Part shown: piece by piece, positions 13,845 through 26,223 of the stretch
How positions within the stretch are numbered: position 1 is the first letter of the stretch
Layout of the letters: every line of letters starts with the position of its first letter
From: Balanoglossus misakiensis
Lineage: Eukaryota; Animalia; Hemichordata
Direction: 5' to 3'
DNA length: 64,000 nucleotides
Assembly (NCBI GenBank): GCA_040954595.2
Contig: CM082590.2
Coordinates: 3,720,001-3,784,000, forward strand
Made by a program: the position numbers and the translations under genes
The notes under the pieces: generated by a model
What the model was told of the DNA's origin: nothing
The model's database searches: none
What the model saw: only the letters and a program-made list of their open reading frames with translations

Positions 13845-14577
13845 GGTGGCATTGCATGAAAAGTTGTGATTTTTGCCAAATTTTACTTTTTTACATAAAT
13901 CGGTAGGCCTAATACTGACCCACAACCTGACTAATACGTCTTGGCGGAAATGGTGCATAATCACCCCAAAATAGCACTTTTCTGAATGAGTTCACAGCTT
14001 AACAAATAGGTGTCAGCAATGCAAATAGCCGTTTTTCTCAGTTTGCATTTTCGCTGCTCTTGACAACTTCGGACTAAAATAGCTTCGCCCTGCGTTGGCC
14101 GAATTTGCTCAAATTTTGACAGGGAATTGTGTATGACCCATCCAACAAAACGCTAGTTTTGTTTGTCGATAAAGTGTCCCTGGCGGGAATAAACTCTGAT
14201 TCAATACAACTCACCGTGAATTTGATCAAATTTTCTGAAAATCTAACTTTTAAACGCTGTTACTCCTCAATGGAAGCAGATAACGCAAAACAAAATTAGC
14301 GTTTTTTTGCACGTGTACTCTAGTTTTGAATGACATATTAAGATGCATGATGCATGGTCAACTTTTTTACCTATTTTAAATTTCATGACATAATATCAAA
14401 AAATGGTTTTTTTCACCCAAAATCGCCACCATTTCCGGGGATCAATAATATTTGCAACTCAAACAAAAGTTCAAAATCTCAGCTTCCAGAATATATATGG
14501 TTTATGGGGGTTTTAACTTTTTCTTTGATGAGAAATAGGCCTCTGAAAAAGTCTCGACGGTTTCATGCAGTGCCACC
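13845..14577. mobile_element. Non-autonomous DNA transposon with TTAA TSD (Kolobok-like)
   Basis: TTAA|GGTGGCATTGCATGAAA...TTTCATGCAGTGCCACC|TTAA. Purine-starting TIRs with a TTAA TSD fit Kolobok. A second copy lies at ~48591-49264. Confidence 0.8.
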
Positions 14578-14832
14578 TTAATAACATGCATCCACTGTTC
14601 ATGTAATACATGGGCAAGTTTAAATTGGGGACCAGTGTTTATCACTTACCCTTAGCTTCATTTCTCTTCATGATTGCATTGGTTCATTTCCTGTAGATTA
14701 TTGTGCATGTTACAACAGATTGACTTCAAAAGTACTGCATTTTAAAGTCGCCAGTACTTAGGACGTACACCTATTGGGCAGCACTTTAAACCACTGCATC
14801 TTCTTCAAAACATGTATGTATTTATTGAGTGA

Positions 14833-15990
14833 TTGGCTAATCAAGCTAACAAGGCGTTGACCCTGCTGTCAGTTGCCAGGTGGAAACTAGGGTATTTGCA
14901 ATTTGAATGTCACTTCAAGGTGTTTGATGCCATGATCTTACCCATTCTCTGTTATGGATCGGAGATTTGGGGTTTTCAGTTTTATGACATTATAGAAAAA
15001 GTGCAAAGAACGTGGTGCAAGATTTTTCTAGGTGTGCCAAGGAGCACTACCAATGAAGCTGTAATTGGAGAATGTGGGCGGTTGCCAGTGTATGTTCACA
15101 CAATGAAACGTTGTATTCGTTACTGGGTGAAACTTATAGAGATGCCACAGGAAAGACTCCCTAGGCAACCATATTTAATGCTATGTAATCTTGACCGTTT
15201 AGGCCGTCACACTTGGGCAACATCGGTGAATACATTTTATTTTCATTTGGGTTCGGGCACGCCTGGATTTCCCAGGAAATAGGCAATAAGCGCTTGTTCC
15301 TTTCAGCATTTGAGACAAGAATTTCGGATATTTTGAAGCAACAATGGAAGTCACATTGTTCGTCCAAAACCAAACTCCGTACATACACACTTTTTAAATC
15401 ATTGTTACAGCCTGAAAAGTATCTCAATGTCAACTGTACACGAAATGTCAAAGACATTTTTGCATGTTTTCGCTGTTCTGCCCTTCCTCTTGCAATAGAG
15501 GAGGAAAGACATCTGAACGTGGACGTTTCAGAGACACTGTAGGCTATGCTCTGGTGAACAAATAGAAGACGAGTATCACTTTTTACTTGTTTGCCCCTTA
15601 TATGACAGTCTTAGAAAACAATATATTGGTGACATTAAGAATCCTCACTTCCAAATGTTTGTAAACTTCATGAGTGCATCAGAATCCTCCAAGATTCTTT
15701 CGCTATGTAATTATGTTTACAATGCTTTTAAACTTAGAGAAACTGTGTTAAAAAACCATGAATCCATACAATAAGCTGTTAAGTTCCTCACTTTGTATCC
15801 TGAGTATGTAATTCCACATGTTTGCTTTTTGATGTTGTCACTTGTACTATTTGAGTACATGTATTATTTAATTCATTTTTGTACAATCTTCTGATTACCT
15901 TTATACCCCCTTGCTTATGGGCTGGAGACCTTGGAAAGCAATAAACGTGCACTGTTGTGCACCTGAACTGAACAACAACAACAACAACAA
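14833..15990 (+). mobile_element. 5'-truncated, frameshifted non-LTR retrotransposon 3' end (RTE-X-like)
   Basis: Post-RT motifs FDAMILPILCYGSEIWG, IEKVQRTWCKIFLGV, GECGRLP, KLRTYTLFK, FRCSALPLAIE and a CCHC-type CRLC...IEDEYHFLLVCPLYDSLR, spread over several frames. Ends in AATAAA and a (CAA)n tail. Confidence 0.85.
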
Positions 15991-16241
15991 CCAGACAAAC
16001 AAACAATCAATCAACAACAAAAACATAATTATTCACCCCAGGAAAATCAGTTTAGAGCCAAAAGTACTATTTCTTCTCTATAATCAGAAAAGTTGTTTGT
16101 ACTTAGTTGAGTCATCAGCCTTTATATTCTGGTTTAGAAAACCGAAACATACGAGCATGTTTCCCCATTCTGAGCGTTTTTGGCCTTTAAATTTTCATCA
16201 TTGCTGGTGCTGGACATACACTGAATACATTCAGACGTTAC

Positions 16242-16652
16242 CTGCATCTGCAGTGCAGTTCTTCGTCCCTGCCTGAGCAGCAGTGGTACCAAAATCAGCA
16301 CAGGCCACGTTGTTGGTGACGTCATCATCCGTCACTGTGATTGAACCACAGACTTTGGTGTAGGCATCGCAGTTAGCAGCGTCGAGGGTAAGTGACGCGA
16401 CTAGATCGGCGTAACTTCCGGACACCGTTACTGCTGTCCCGCCAGGTGCATTGTCCCCAGTCGCGGTCACTTCGGTTGATTTCGTGGAGCCATCGGCATT
16501 GCTGAAATACACTTTGACGTCACTAGGCGACCCGCCATTTCCAGTTACTGTATATGCCAATGTGAAAGTGGTGGAGACGGCTTCTCCAACGCGGAATACC
16601 CCACTTGCAGGAGCAGGCGATGTTACCGTCAATGTCGAAGCAGCAATATCAT
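16242..16652 (-). CDS. Exon (411 nt, phase 1-1) encoding a ~137-aa Thr/Ala-rich domain with 4 Cys; domain copy 2 of an uncharacterised secreted protein
   Basis: Splice sites ctttttag|AT GAT ATT...GAT GCA G|gtaacg. Open frame DIAASTLTVTSPAP...VKVYFSNADGSTKS...ANCDAYTKVCGSITVTDDDVTNNVAC...KNC. Paralogous to 18137-18531. Confidence 0.85.
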
Positions 16653-16894
16653 CTAAAAAGGAAGACATGGTGTTGCTCAGTAACTTTGCACTTTCATTTG
16701 TGTTTCAAATTTAAATGGAGAAAGTCTCTCTCTCGCCGCCATCGTACCGATTTGCACTGGTTTGGTCTGAGGGTCTTGTATAGGCCCTACTGATTAACAC
16801 GCACTTGGCAGTCTAACAGGCCTGGGAGCCAGGATTCTAGGCACCCTGGAAATCAAACCAGTTTCAACCGACTTGGCAGTGTTAGGGTTAATTA

Positions 16895-17242
16895 AATGGA
16901 CAAAATCACTCTCTCGCTGACCTTTTTCCATTAATTATGTTTGATACACCGTTTATGTTATTCTATATGTGGATATATAGTGAATCAACGTTCAACCACA
17001 CACATCTTCCATCCCGTTTGAAAGATAGGAGAGTAAAAATCTCGCCAAAATGTATAAATGGTAAACGCCGATTATTCATTTTGGTGAGTTTTTCACTCGC
17101 GTGTCTGCAAGTGGGATGGAAGTTGTGTGTGGTCGAACGTTGATTCATTATATATCCACATGTAGAATAAAATAAACAGTGTCTTGTATCAAATATAATT
17201 AATGGAAAGGGGTTAAAGAGAGAGAGACTTTGTCCCTTTAAT
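16895..17242. mobile_element. Palindromic MITE family copy (AGGGACAAAGTCTCTCTC termini)
   Basis: Same family as 20149-20486; ends GAGAGACTTTGTCCCTTTAA. Confidence 0.75.
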
Positions 17243-18136
17243 GGCAAACGGGCAGCGAGAGGGGGCTTTGTCCCTTTAATGATGTGCATGCATGTCACGA
17301 CCGTCCAATAACAATCAGATACGATAAAGGAATATTCATGTTTTCCAAACATTCTGCAGTTATGTAAATGTATTTCTGAGAGATAGTTGAGCTTATTTTG
17401 TCTGTTAGTATATGAAGATAACATTTATGACAAATTGCCAAAAAATTAAAGAAATCTCAGTACAGCCGGAAATTCAGGCAATTTTAAAAAAGAAAGTGAA
17501 ATATTTCAATGAAAAATAAAACTATAATGCCTCAGTGGAGTACATTTACATACATTTGTTTTAGTGGATGAGATTATGCTTTGTTTATAAAGTTTCAAAG
17601 AGGAGAATGCAACGTTTTCATTGTTTTTGAGTGTGCCCATGTTGGCCGCCATATTTCTTTGCGGCAAAGCTTTATTATTTATATGGTTAAAACTTGCACA
17701 CGCAATCTAAGCGTATATGCTTCAGTGCATTCATCACTATATGGGCGAATGGTTGTACAGTTGACATGGTTTGGGGGGGGGGAGGGTAGTTCTCCCCAAA
17801 ATTAAATCTCGTGGAGCTTTTAGGTATTCGTCGATATCAAATGACGTCAGACGCGCCCAGGCGGCAGTTACGTTCGCATTCAAATTTCCAGATGACGGGC
17901 AAATTCAGCAACGTGGTGCAGACAAAGACTGTACAGACGAAATGCCATGAGGCTGATGAGGCACCATACCTGATACATGTTATGTGTTTGACGGTTCTAA
18001 AGTAAACCATGCTCGGAAAAACTTTTACTGGATGCCGAAATATTGCTTGCCCGTCATCTATGACAACGCCATGGGTCACATGGCCGGATCATGTGACTGA
18101 TAGTAAAGAATAGTTTCGCAATAATTTAATACTCAC

Positions 18137-18531
18137 TACAGATTTTGGTGTTGGCTTTGTCAGCGCCAAAGTCAACACACGCCTCGTTGTTGGTGGCGTC
18201 ATCATCCGTCACTGTGATGGCAGCACACAGTTTGGTGTATGCGGCACAGTTAGCGGTGTAGAGTATTAGCGAAGCCGTGAGGTCCCGGAAACTCCCAGAA
18301 GCTCCATATAGTATAGTGCCGCGCGGTGCATCCATACCACCTGCCGTGACTTCACCCGACTTTGTTGAGCCGTCTGCGTTGCTGAAGTAGATCTTCACAG
18401 CGCTAGGTGTTGCTCCAGCCCCTGTTACAGTATATGCCAGTGAAAGGTGGTAAATACACCCGTCCCATCAGTAAATCCACCTGTTGTTGGGTCTGGTACG
18501 GTTACCGTTAACGTTGTCGCTTCCATGTCAT
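18137..18531 (-). pseudogene. Paralogous exon (domain copy 1) with a 1-bp deletion near 18442
   Basis: Splice sites tttcag|AT GAC ATG GAA...TGT A|gtgagt; length 395 nt, one short of 396. It reads ACC ACC TTT -CA CTG GCA TAT where the paralog has ACC ACT TTC ACA TTG GCA TAT. Either a true pseudo-exon or a sequencing error. Confidence 0.75.
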
Positions 18532-18797
18532 CTGAAACACGAAACAAACAACACTGATTTCTACATTTGTACATAATTAAATATTAATTCGTAATTGATG
18601 ACGCATTTATTTGTTATTATCACTATTTAATGGTTTGTTCCCACCTGCTTGTGTTTAACAGTGAGGGTATTACGAGTCTTCAGGGTCTATTTTACTAGTG
18701 GAAATACATGGACCGATTTTCAGTGTGTGACCGGAACTAATTCGGGAATTGATCGGCTGGCTGGTACACAGCGTGAACGGTTACGCCCAGTGATCAG

Positions 18798-19066
18798 TAT
18801 ACACATGATGACTGACAATGAGGGCAACAGTGTATTTTTGATGACTGAGGGCGCTGCTAGTCACAACTAAAACAGTCTTGTTTTCCCGAGAGCATTGCCT
18901 GAAGGAAAACGACTGTATACACATGATGACTGACAATGAGGGCAACATGGTATTTTGATGACCTAGGGCGCTGCTAGTCACAACTAAAACAGACTGTTTT
19001 GGTGTGACTGGCCGTCCCGAGGTCATCAAAAATACACTGTTGCCCTCATTGTCAGTCATCATGTGT
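18798..19066. repeat. Two direct copies and one inverted copy of a ~50-80-bp motif
   Basis: ACACATGATGACTGACAATGAGGGCAACA at ~18801 and ~18919; reverse complement at ~19038-19066. Confidence 0.85.
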
Positions 19067-19542
19067 TTTATAACACACAAAACACGACTCACACCACATC
19101 CAGGCAACAGTACCGGGCAGAAACCGATCGAACTGATGCCCAAGGGAACAGTTCAAAATGACTAAGGTCACGTGATGGCGTATTGACGAATCACAATCGA
19201 AGGTTAATTATGTGCATACCTAATTGCAGGTGGACCAATAGGGCTAGAGGTCTGGTTTATGTTGGACATGAACCAGTATGGGGTCAAAAAATTTTGCCGA
19301 AATTTTGGGTGACCTTAGGTGACCCTGACCTACTTTCCCATATCTCGGCATCCAGAGCACATACAGCCTTGGCATTTGGAGGGATGGAACACCTAATGGA
19401 GTCTCACACTTGACCTCATCCACTGTTATGGTGCGCAAATTCGATGGTTGAACTATGTTGACCCCATTCACGCCATGTGCCAGTTTGGCAAGGGCCCCGC
19501 TACTGCTGCTTGCAGCTACATTTTTTTGCAGTGTATACATAC

Positions 19543-19613
19543 CTGGAATTTGAGCCTGGCATATAGACAGGAAACCGAGTAGGGAGACGAGAGCCAGTGG
19601 CAGGCAGAGGGAC
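19543..19613 (-). CDS. Signal-peptide exon of the same gene
   Basis: cacag|G TCC CTC TGC...CCA G|gtatgt encodes SLCLPLALVSLLGFLSICQAQIP. It has a hydrophobic core and a CQA cleavage-like motif, and its phase-1 end joins the domain exons in frame (G+AT = Asp). The ATG exon was not found. Confidence 0.65.
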
Positions 19614-20148
19614 CTGTGATTGATTGAATGAATGCAAAGAAAAGGAGTGAAACATTACAAACGCGCAGCGTCAGTCACATCTTGTGTTTCTCTCGTCTGT
19701 ATTCAATACACGCAATTTGTTCAAGGAAATACCTTCATTAAAAGCCCATCTCTCGATCCCAGGGCAGTACAATGGATTCAAACATGAAAGTCTTTGTCTT
19801 AGCACGTAACTGTTTATTGGAAACAAAAGATTTGACCCACTGTTGAGTTAGGCCTTTAAAGGCACATAAGCTGCAACTTTTGGGATCATTATCATAATTT
19901 GTTTTCAAACTGTACAAACATTAGCCCATGCAAATGTAGGCACTGAACTATATACAAGTATAAAAATCGCTAAATATAAGTGCTCTTTCCCAACCTAAGA
20001 AACGTGTACATGGTGATAATATTCTACGTGGTAGAAGTTGATTTCGTGAAGGAATACAAAGGGACCCGCTGGCAACGTAAGTGGAATGGCATAAGGCGTA
20101 AGTACCGGAGGTTTTCTGAGTCCTTTACCGCTCCGATCCCCATATTAA

Positions 20149-20486
20149 AGGGACACAGTCTCTCTCACTGCCCGTTTTTCTATTAATTATGTTTGATGCA
20201 AGATACTGTTTATGTTATTCTACATGTGGATATATAGTGAATCAATGTTCGACCACACACAACTTTCATCCCGTTTGTAGGATATAAGAGTAAAAATCTA
20301 GCCAAAATGAATAAATGGTTAAGACCATTTTGGCGAGTTTTTCACTCTCGTGTCTACAAGTTGGATTGAAGTTGTGTGTGGTTGAACGTTGATTCACTAT
20401 ATATCCACATGTAGAATAATATAAACAGTGTCTCTTATCAAATATTATTAATGGAAAAAGGGCAGCGAGAGAGAGACTTTGTCCCT
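20149..20486. mobile_element. Palindromic MITE with TTAA TSD (Kolobok-like)
   Basis: TTAA|AGGGACACAGTCTCTCTC...GAGAGACTTTGTCCCT|TTAA, with long inverted arms. Other copies lie at ~16895, ~24885-25278 and 27289-27815. Confidence 0.85.
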
Positions 20487-22892
20487 TTAACAAGGTTTAA
20501 AGATAAAAAGTCCACCAAGTTCACGTAAAGCAAATGTTGAAGTTATCAATGCAGATATTCAACAAAATGAGCAAAGCATCTGATCCATCACGGCGATGCA
20601 ATAGTTTCGACAATCGTCTACCAAAGATAATTCATATAATTTCTCCAACAATGCTAACAGAGGACGCCTTTTGCCTTTCGCATCAACCAACAAGTACCGG
20701 TCTCTTGATATGAAGATACAACAAATAATCACACATTGTCGAGAGTCAGTGACCCGGGTCATACTGACAGCTCAGCCAATCAGGCGATGATCAAAATCCT
20801 GACATCGGCCATTTTGTTTTACAAAGCTTTCAATAGTATTTCCCCAGACCCTTTTCTGGAGAGCATCGGAAGAGCAAAGGCGTCTGGGTAACCGAGACTA
20901 ATGGTCGACACAATTTCAAGATGGCCGGTTGAGGGCGCGTCAGTAAAGAGCCTTGTAGGGACAAAAAATTGCGGTTTGGAGATTGTTATATTACAAAATG
21001 TTCTAATGTCAGAGAGGGACACCCCTTCCCACACTCACCCCTTTCATTCTTTCACACCTTTCATGTATTGCCTGGTGTACCTGGGCAGAGTACTTGCCCC
21101 CCCCCCCCCCAATGCTAACTTTGAGCGGTGAATTTATTCATGTATGCACATTTCCATTGTAAGTCATTCACCACCAGAATGTTGGTTACATTTGCCACCC
21201 CCCCCCCCCCCCAACCATGAATTGCTCCCTAAGCCCCTGGATTCGCAAATTTTTTGTACAATGTGCACTCTCATCCATTTGGGCTAAGATTATTCCTCAA
21301 ATAATTAAGTGAAAACATACAAAAAAATCCTTTCAAACAAATGCAACGCAATTTGAATGAAGACCAATGGGCTATTTATTGTCCTATCATAGAACATCGA
21401 AAGGGTATATGAATAAGGCTTTCCAACAAAAGGTACTACATAATTAGATTTAAACATTATTTTTCGCTTCAAATGAATATAGTGCAAACAAATTCTGTCT
21501 CAATTTTATTCAAACAAAATTGCCAATATTGGAATGAATTTTTCAAATACATGTCATCAATAATTGAAATATCAACCTGTCTTCTTTATCAGTATATGTA
21601 GAAATCTTAAAAACTATCATTCTTATTAATATGCCCAGAAGTGTGGGTTTTAAGAATCACGGAAATGTTATTTATGAGCTCAGTGGTACTAAAATTAAAA
21701 AGTTTGATCGTGCTTACAAATTTCGAGATGGTGCATTCAAGCAAAGAAAACAACCAAACATGTTTTGAACTAAAGCAATTTGTAATACATTGTTTTGTGG
21801 ATGATTTTCTACATTATGAAAAGTAAACTTTCCCTTCAACTATAACCATACCAAATAATAAGGAAATGTGACTGTAATCTTTACACAAATGAATATTTTA
21901 AATGAGGCTTCATGTATTAGAATAAAACTTACTAACTGAATGTGTTGGCCAGTATTGTCAGCACCAACAATCTTGTCATTTGAGATGCTTGCATTTTCCT
22001 TCACATTATACAAAACCCATTCGTTTGTACAGCGAACCTTGTCACTAATACTCAACAACTACATTTAAACACACGTCACATATGTCCGGCTGAAACACAA
22101 AGCATATTCTCGGCTAAACGATGTATCACATATACTGTGATAATAATACTTAACTAAATGTCATTTCTAATCAAAACAAAAACATCACATACAGTGATTC
22201 TAATCGTTGATTATATGTCACTATTCGAGCGATAATGATCCTTGAGTATCACATACAAGTACTTTTTTGTGTCAGCATCATATGGGTAGATATGTTCTAT
22301 TAGTACTAAAACTGTCAAATCTACCATTGGGCCATACTTGGATTATTTTATATTATTTCAAGTACAGCAAACCCTAGCCAATCCGGTAAAATAAGTGTAA
22401 CCAGAATACATTGTCAATTCTCTTTCATTGAGAACCACATGTTACAGGAATATCTATAAACCTGGAACCTCTGCAAACAGACCATTATCTTCCACCCTTT
22501 TGGTATCCACTAAAGACTGGAATTTTACTGGAATTTATAACTGCTGCAAGATAGTAAATATTGTGCCTTTAACTTACAGTTTTCATTCACAATTGTTCCA
22601 CAGCTAAATATATGACCACTGTCCGTGTGACATTTCACAGGCCGGCTTTGTTATTGAGAAGACAGTCATGGTTGGAGGGTGGTTTGGTGTATTGGCTTCA
22701 TTTTCTCTGCGGGGCTAATTACTGTATGTGTGTTGGGAACTTTTCACTTGCACACACCAATTCCGTTACTCAGTTAAATTCGTAGACATTGCAACAATTT
22801 TCATGGAAATACTGCCATCCTTTGCAATACAAACCAGAAATTGTTATACTGACGTCACACCGGTCTGCTTCTGAGATGTTGATGTCAGCATC

Positions 22893-24140
22893 TTAGGACG
22901 TTAGATGTAGATGAGCCATGTCACCTTCAACACCATGATGATCAGCTGACACACCAAGTTTTCGGAACATCTCATGTATTTCGTATCTGGCAGCGTAGAC
23001 ATCACAACTTTCTTGCTCAAGAATTTTAACCAGGTTGGAAAAATTGCTCTTACAGAATTTGTTATCTGCAGTTGGTTGTTGGCCTGCATGTTGTTGTCCT
23101 CCGCAGCCCTTGGACCAGACAGATAAAGCATGTTGTGTGGGAGATTGAATCGATGCACTGTGTTGCCATGAAGCCACCTCCATTTGAGGGATCCCCATCA
23201 AGTCTGCCATAGCCCTGTAGTCATTGCCGGAGAACCGGATGATATCCATGATATTAGAAAATATCTTGAGGGCATCCTTCAGCATCCACTTGACATCACT
23301 TTCATATCCATATTTACGGAGGAATGTGGTATCATATCCAGCACAGAGCAAGTCAGTGACAGCTTCTTCTTGACCTGTTTGCTCATCATACACTCCACTT
23401 CCATTCTGCTCAGCTTCTGTGATTTTCTGCATTTGGTAGATTCTTACATTCTCTGGGTTGCTGTGAATTCGCAGCGAGTGGGCGCTGAGAATATGGGTGT
23501 CGACCTCGATACCCGGACAGCAGATCTCTATGACGTCATAGATATCATTGGTCACCATTTCCAGTAACTGGTAACACGCCCCTATGTCTTCTCCCTTTTC
23601 TGCTCTGACACAGGTGTGGATTGCCGTCCATCCATCTGTCATGTACACCAATCCTTCTACGATGTGGCAGACTTTGATACCATTCTTCCATATTCCACTG
23701 GGAGGGTAACCCATTTCCTCAAAGTGACGGTAGAGCCTGGTCTGTAGGCGTGGGAACAAACCTGGTGTGAAGCTGTCTGTTTCATCATGACATTCGATTC
23801 TTCTACCAAAATAGTGATGCTTAGTGGAATCCGATTCCCATTGATTTGCTGGCATTTTATCTTCCAAGAGTCCAGGGATGATGTAAGATTTTGGATTGGA
23901 CTCATCTTCATGGAGAAGCTCAAAATGCTTGAGAAGAGCCATGACTAAGTTGGTATCACCGTAACCACTGAATACTCGAGCAATTTCTGTCTCGTGATAG
24001 AACTTCTGATTTTTCGGCAGTTTGTCGCTGTATTGAACGAAGATATCAGTTGCCATCAGTCGACCTAAGATTTCTGAACACAACCACTGACCATCAAGAA
24101 CAATGATATCATCACCAAGTGGATTCTTTACAAAGATAAT
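22893..24140 (-). CDS. Last exon: COR C-terminal part and death domain
   Basis: Starts ttgcag|ATT ATC TTT. COR-type motifs IIVLDGQWLCSEILG, YIIPGLL, YFGRRIEC, FTPGLFPRLQ, IWKNG. Death-fold-like tail GNDYRAMADLMGI...SPTQHALSVWS...NLVKILE, then a TAA stop. Confidence 0.9.
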   Translation of the reverse strand: MIFVKNPLGDDIIVLDGQWLCSEILGRLMATDIFVQYSDKLPKNQKFYHETEIARVFSGYGDTNLVMALLKHFELLHEDESNPKSYIIPGLLEDKMPANQWESDSTKHHYFGRRIECHDETDSFTPGLFPRLQTRLYRHFEEMGYPPSGIWKNGIKVCHIVEGLVYMTDGWTAIHTCVRAEKGEDIGACYQLLEMVTNDIYDVIEICCPGIEVDTHILSAHSLRIHSNPENVRIYQMQKITEAEQNGSGVYDEQTGQEEAVTDLLCAGYDTTFLRKYGYESDVKWMLKDALKIFSNIMDIIRFSGNDYRAMADLMGIPQMEVASWQHSASIQSPTQHALSVWSKGCGGQQHAGQQPTADNKFCKSNFSNLVKILEQESCDVYAARYEIHEMFRKLGVSADHHGVEGDMAHLHLTS

Positions 24141-26143
24141 CTGCAACAAACAAGAAGACAATGAAATAAAAGTTGATTGAAAGAAAATAGTATATTGATC
24201 GATGAGATGAGAAGGCAAGATGACTGACTGACTGACTGACTGACTGAAAGAATGAATAAATGAATGAATGAATGAATGAATGAATGAATGAATGAATGAA
24301 TGAATGAATGAATGAATGAATAAATAATGGTTGAAAGGATAGGTAGATGGATGTAAAGGGTAGATGACTGAATGAATGAATGAATGAATGAATGATGGCC
24401 ATAGATATATGGTCTGATCAGTGGATGAATTGATGGTGTTTTGAAAAATTACCTCGCCAATGCTTTCCAGGTACGATGTAGCTATCCTCAGAAATGGCTC
24501 TTGAACATATTTATCAATCTCCTGAACTCTTTCCACATATTTCGTCCAGTACAGAACAGGGAACTTCTTGTTTTTTAGCCACCTCTGCTTCTTGTCAGCA
24601 ATTTTAGCACATAGGTTTGGTATACTTTCTTCCTTCTGTAATGCAATAAACAACAGATAATTGTATAAGAGGACAAAGCTTGTAAATCCCCCATTATCCC
24701 GCACAAAAGACCATACATTCCAAATTGATACATACATACATACATACATACATACATACATACATACATACATACATACATGATACATTCATACATACAT
24801 ATATACATACATACATACATACATATATACACGGAAGGGATCTGTTCACATGAAACACATCCAGAAGAAACGGACTACAGATCAGCTGGATATATAGTGA
24901 ATCAACGTTCGGCCACACACAACTCCTTGGACAAAGTCTTTCTCTCGCAGGCATTTTTCCATTAATCACGTTTGATATAAGACACGTACTGTTCATGTTA
25001 TTCTACATGTGGATATATAGAGAATCAACATTCAACGACACACAACTTCCATCCCGTTTGTAGGATATGATAGTAAAAATCCCGCCAAAATGAATAAATG
25101 GTAAACACCATTTATTCTTTTTGGCGAGTTTTTCACTCTCGTGTCTATAAGGTGGATGGATGTTGTGTGATTGAACGTTGATTCACTATATATCACCATG
25201 TAGAACAATATAAAATGGTGTCTTGTATCAAATATAATTAATGGAAAAAGGGCAGCGAGAGAGAGACTTTGTCCCTTTCAAGAAAAACCTTATTGGAATT
25301 ATCGTTCTTGTTGTAGTTTTATCAGTTTCTGACTAGACGGATTTTAAAATCAATATGATAATATAAATAGTTATGCATTTGTGTTAAACTCACCTTGAAC
25401 CCACGTAAGATCACACGTAGTCTGCCCATTGCTTCACTTTGAGAATCATGACAATTTACCAAAACTGTCTCATCCACAATATTCAAATAATTGCCAAATT
25501 TCTTCTTCAATTCTTCCCTTACCTCTTCTACAACCCGTTTGGCTATATTAGAAAACATGAAATAAAAAATGGGTAATGGTAATTACTGATGTTCATGCAA
25601 AACGTAAATTGGTAGACTGCGTGAACTTAAGGGCATGTCACCATTCCTATGAAATAGAAAAAAAATAGGTACAGGTATTTAACTAGTATTCAAAGTAGGC
25701 GGGCAATGCACCTTCTGACTAAAAGATTTTAAGTAATTATGTCAGATCTTTTTGAAAAAAAATACCTATTGTGCATCACCTTACAATGAACTGTTTCTAA
25801 AATACCCCACCCATCAAAATGTGTTGGATGCACAAACAGATATGTCCAAAGCGATTTTGGTTTTACCATTACATACTAGATTGTGTGCGAGTGTGTGTGC
25901 ATGTACTAGAGTGTTTAACAGTATATGCATGTTGTAACTGCACTCAAACTAATCTACTTACCACTCTCTTGTTGAGATTCATCCAACATATCAGCTCTAC
26001 TTGCGATCAATATCACAGTTGGTTTGGTGTCTTCACTCCGAGACGAAGCATCATCACTCTTTGGTATGCTGCTTATCATGCCTTTGAAGAACTGGGCCCA
26101 TATGTTGGTCTGAAAATTATCACAATGTTTTAATTTCCAAATT

Positions 26144-26223
<80 letters not shown>

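Noticed and set aside
17837-17970. Possible hydrophobic C-terminal (GPI-like) exon of the secreted protein
   Set aside because: The hydrophobic frame is out of phase with the phase-1 donor at 18137.
22893-24788. 631-aa ORF as a single-exon protein
   Set aside because: It reads through two microsatellite-containing introns (MYVC and HSFI repeats). Splice sites define exons 24453-24635 and 22893-24140.
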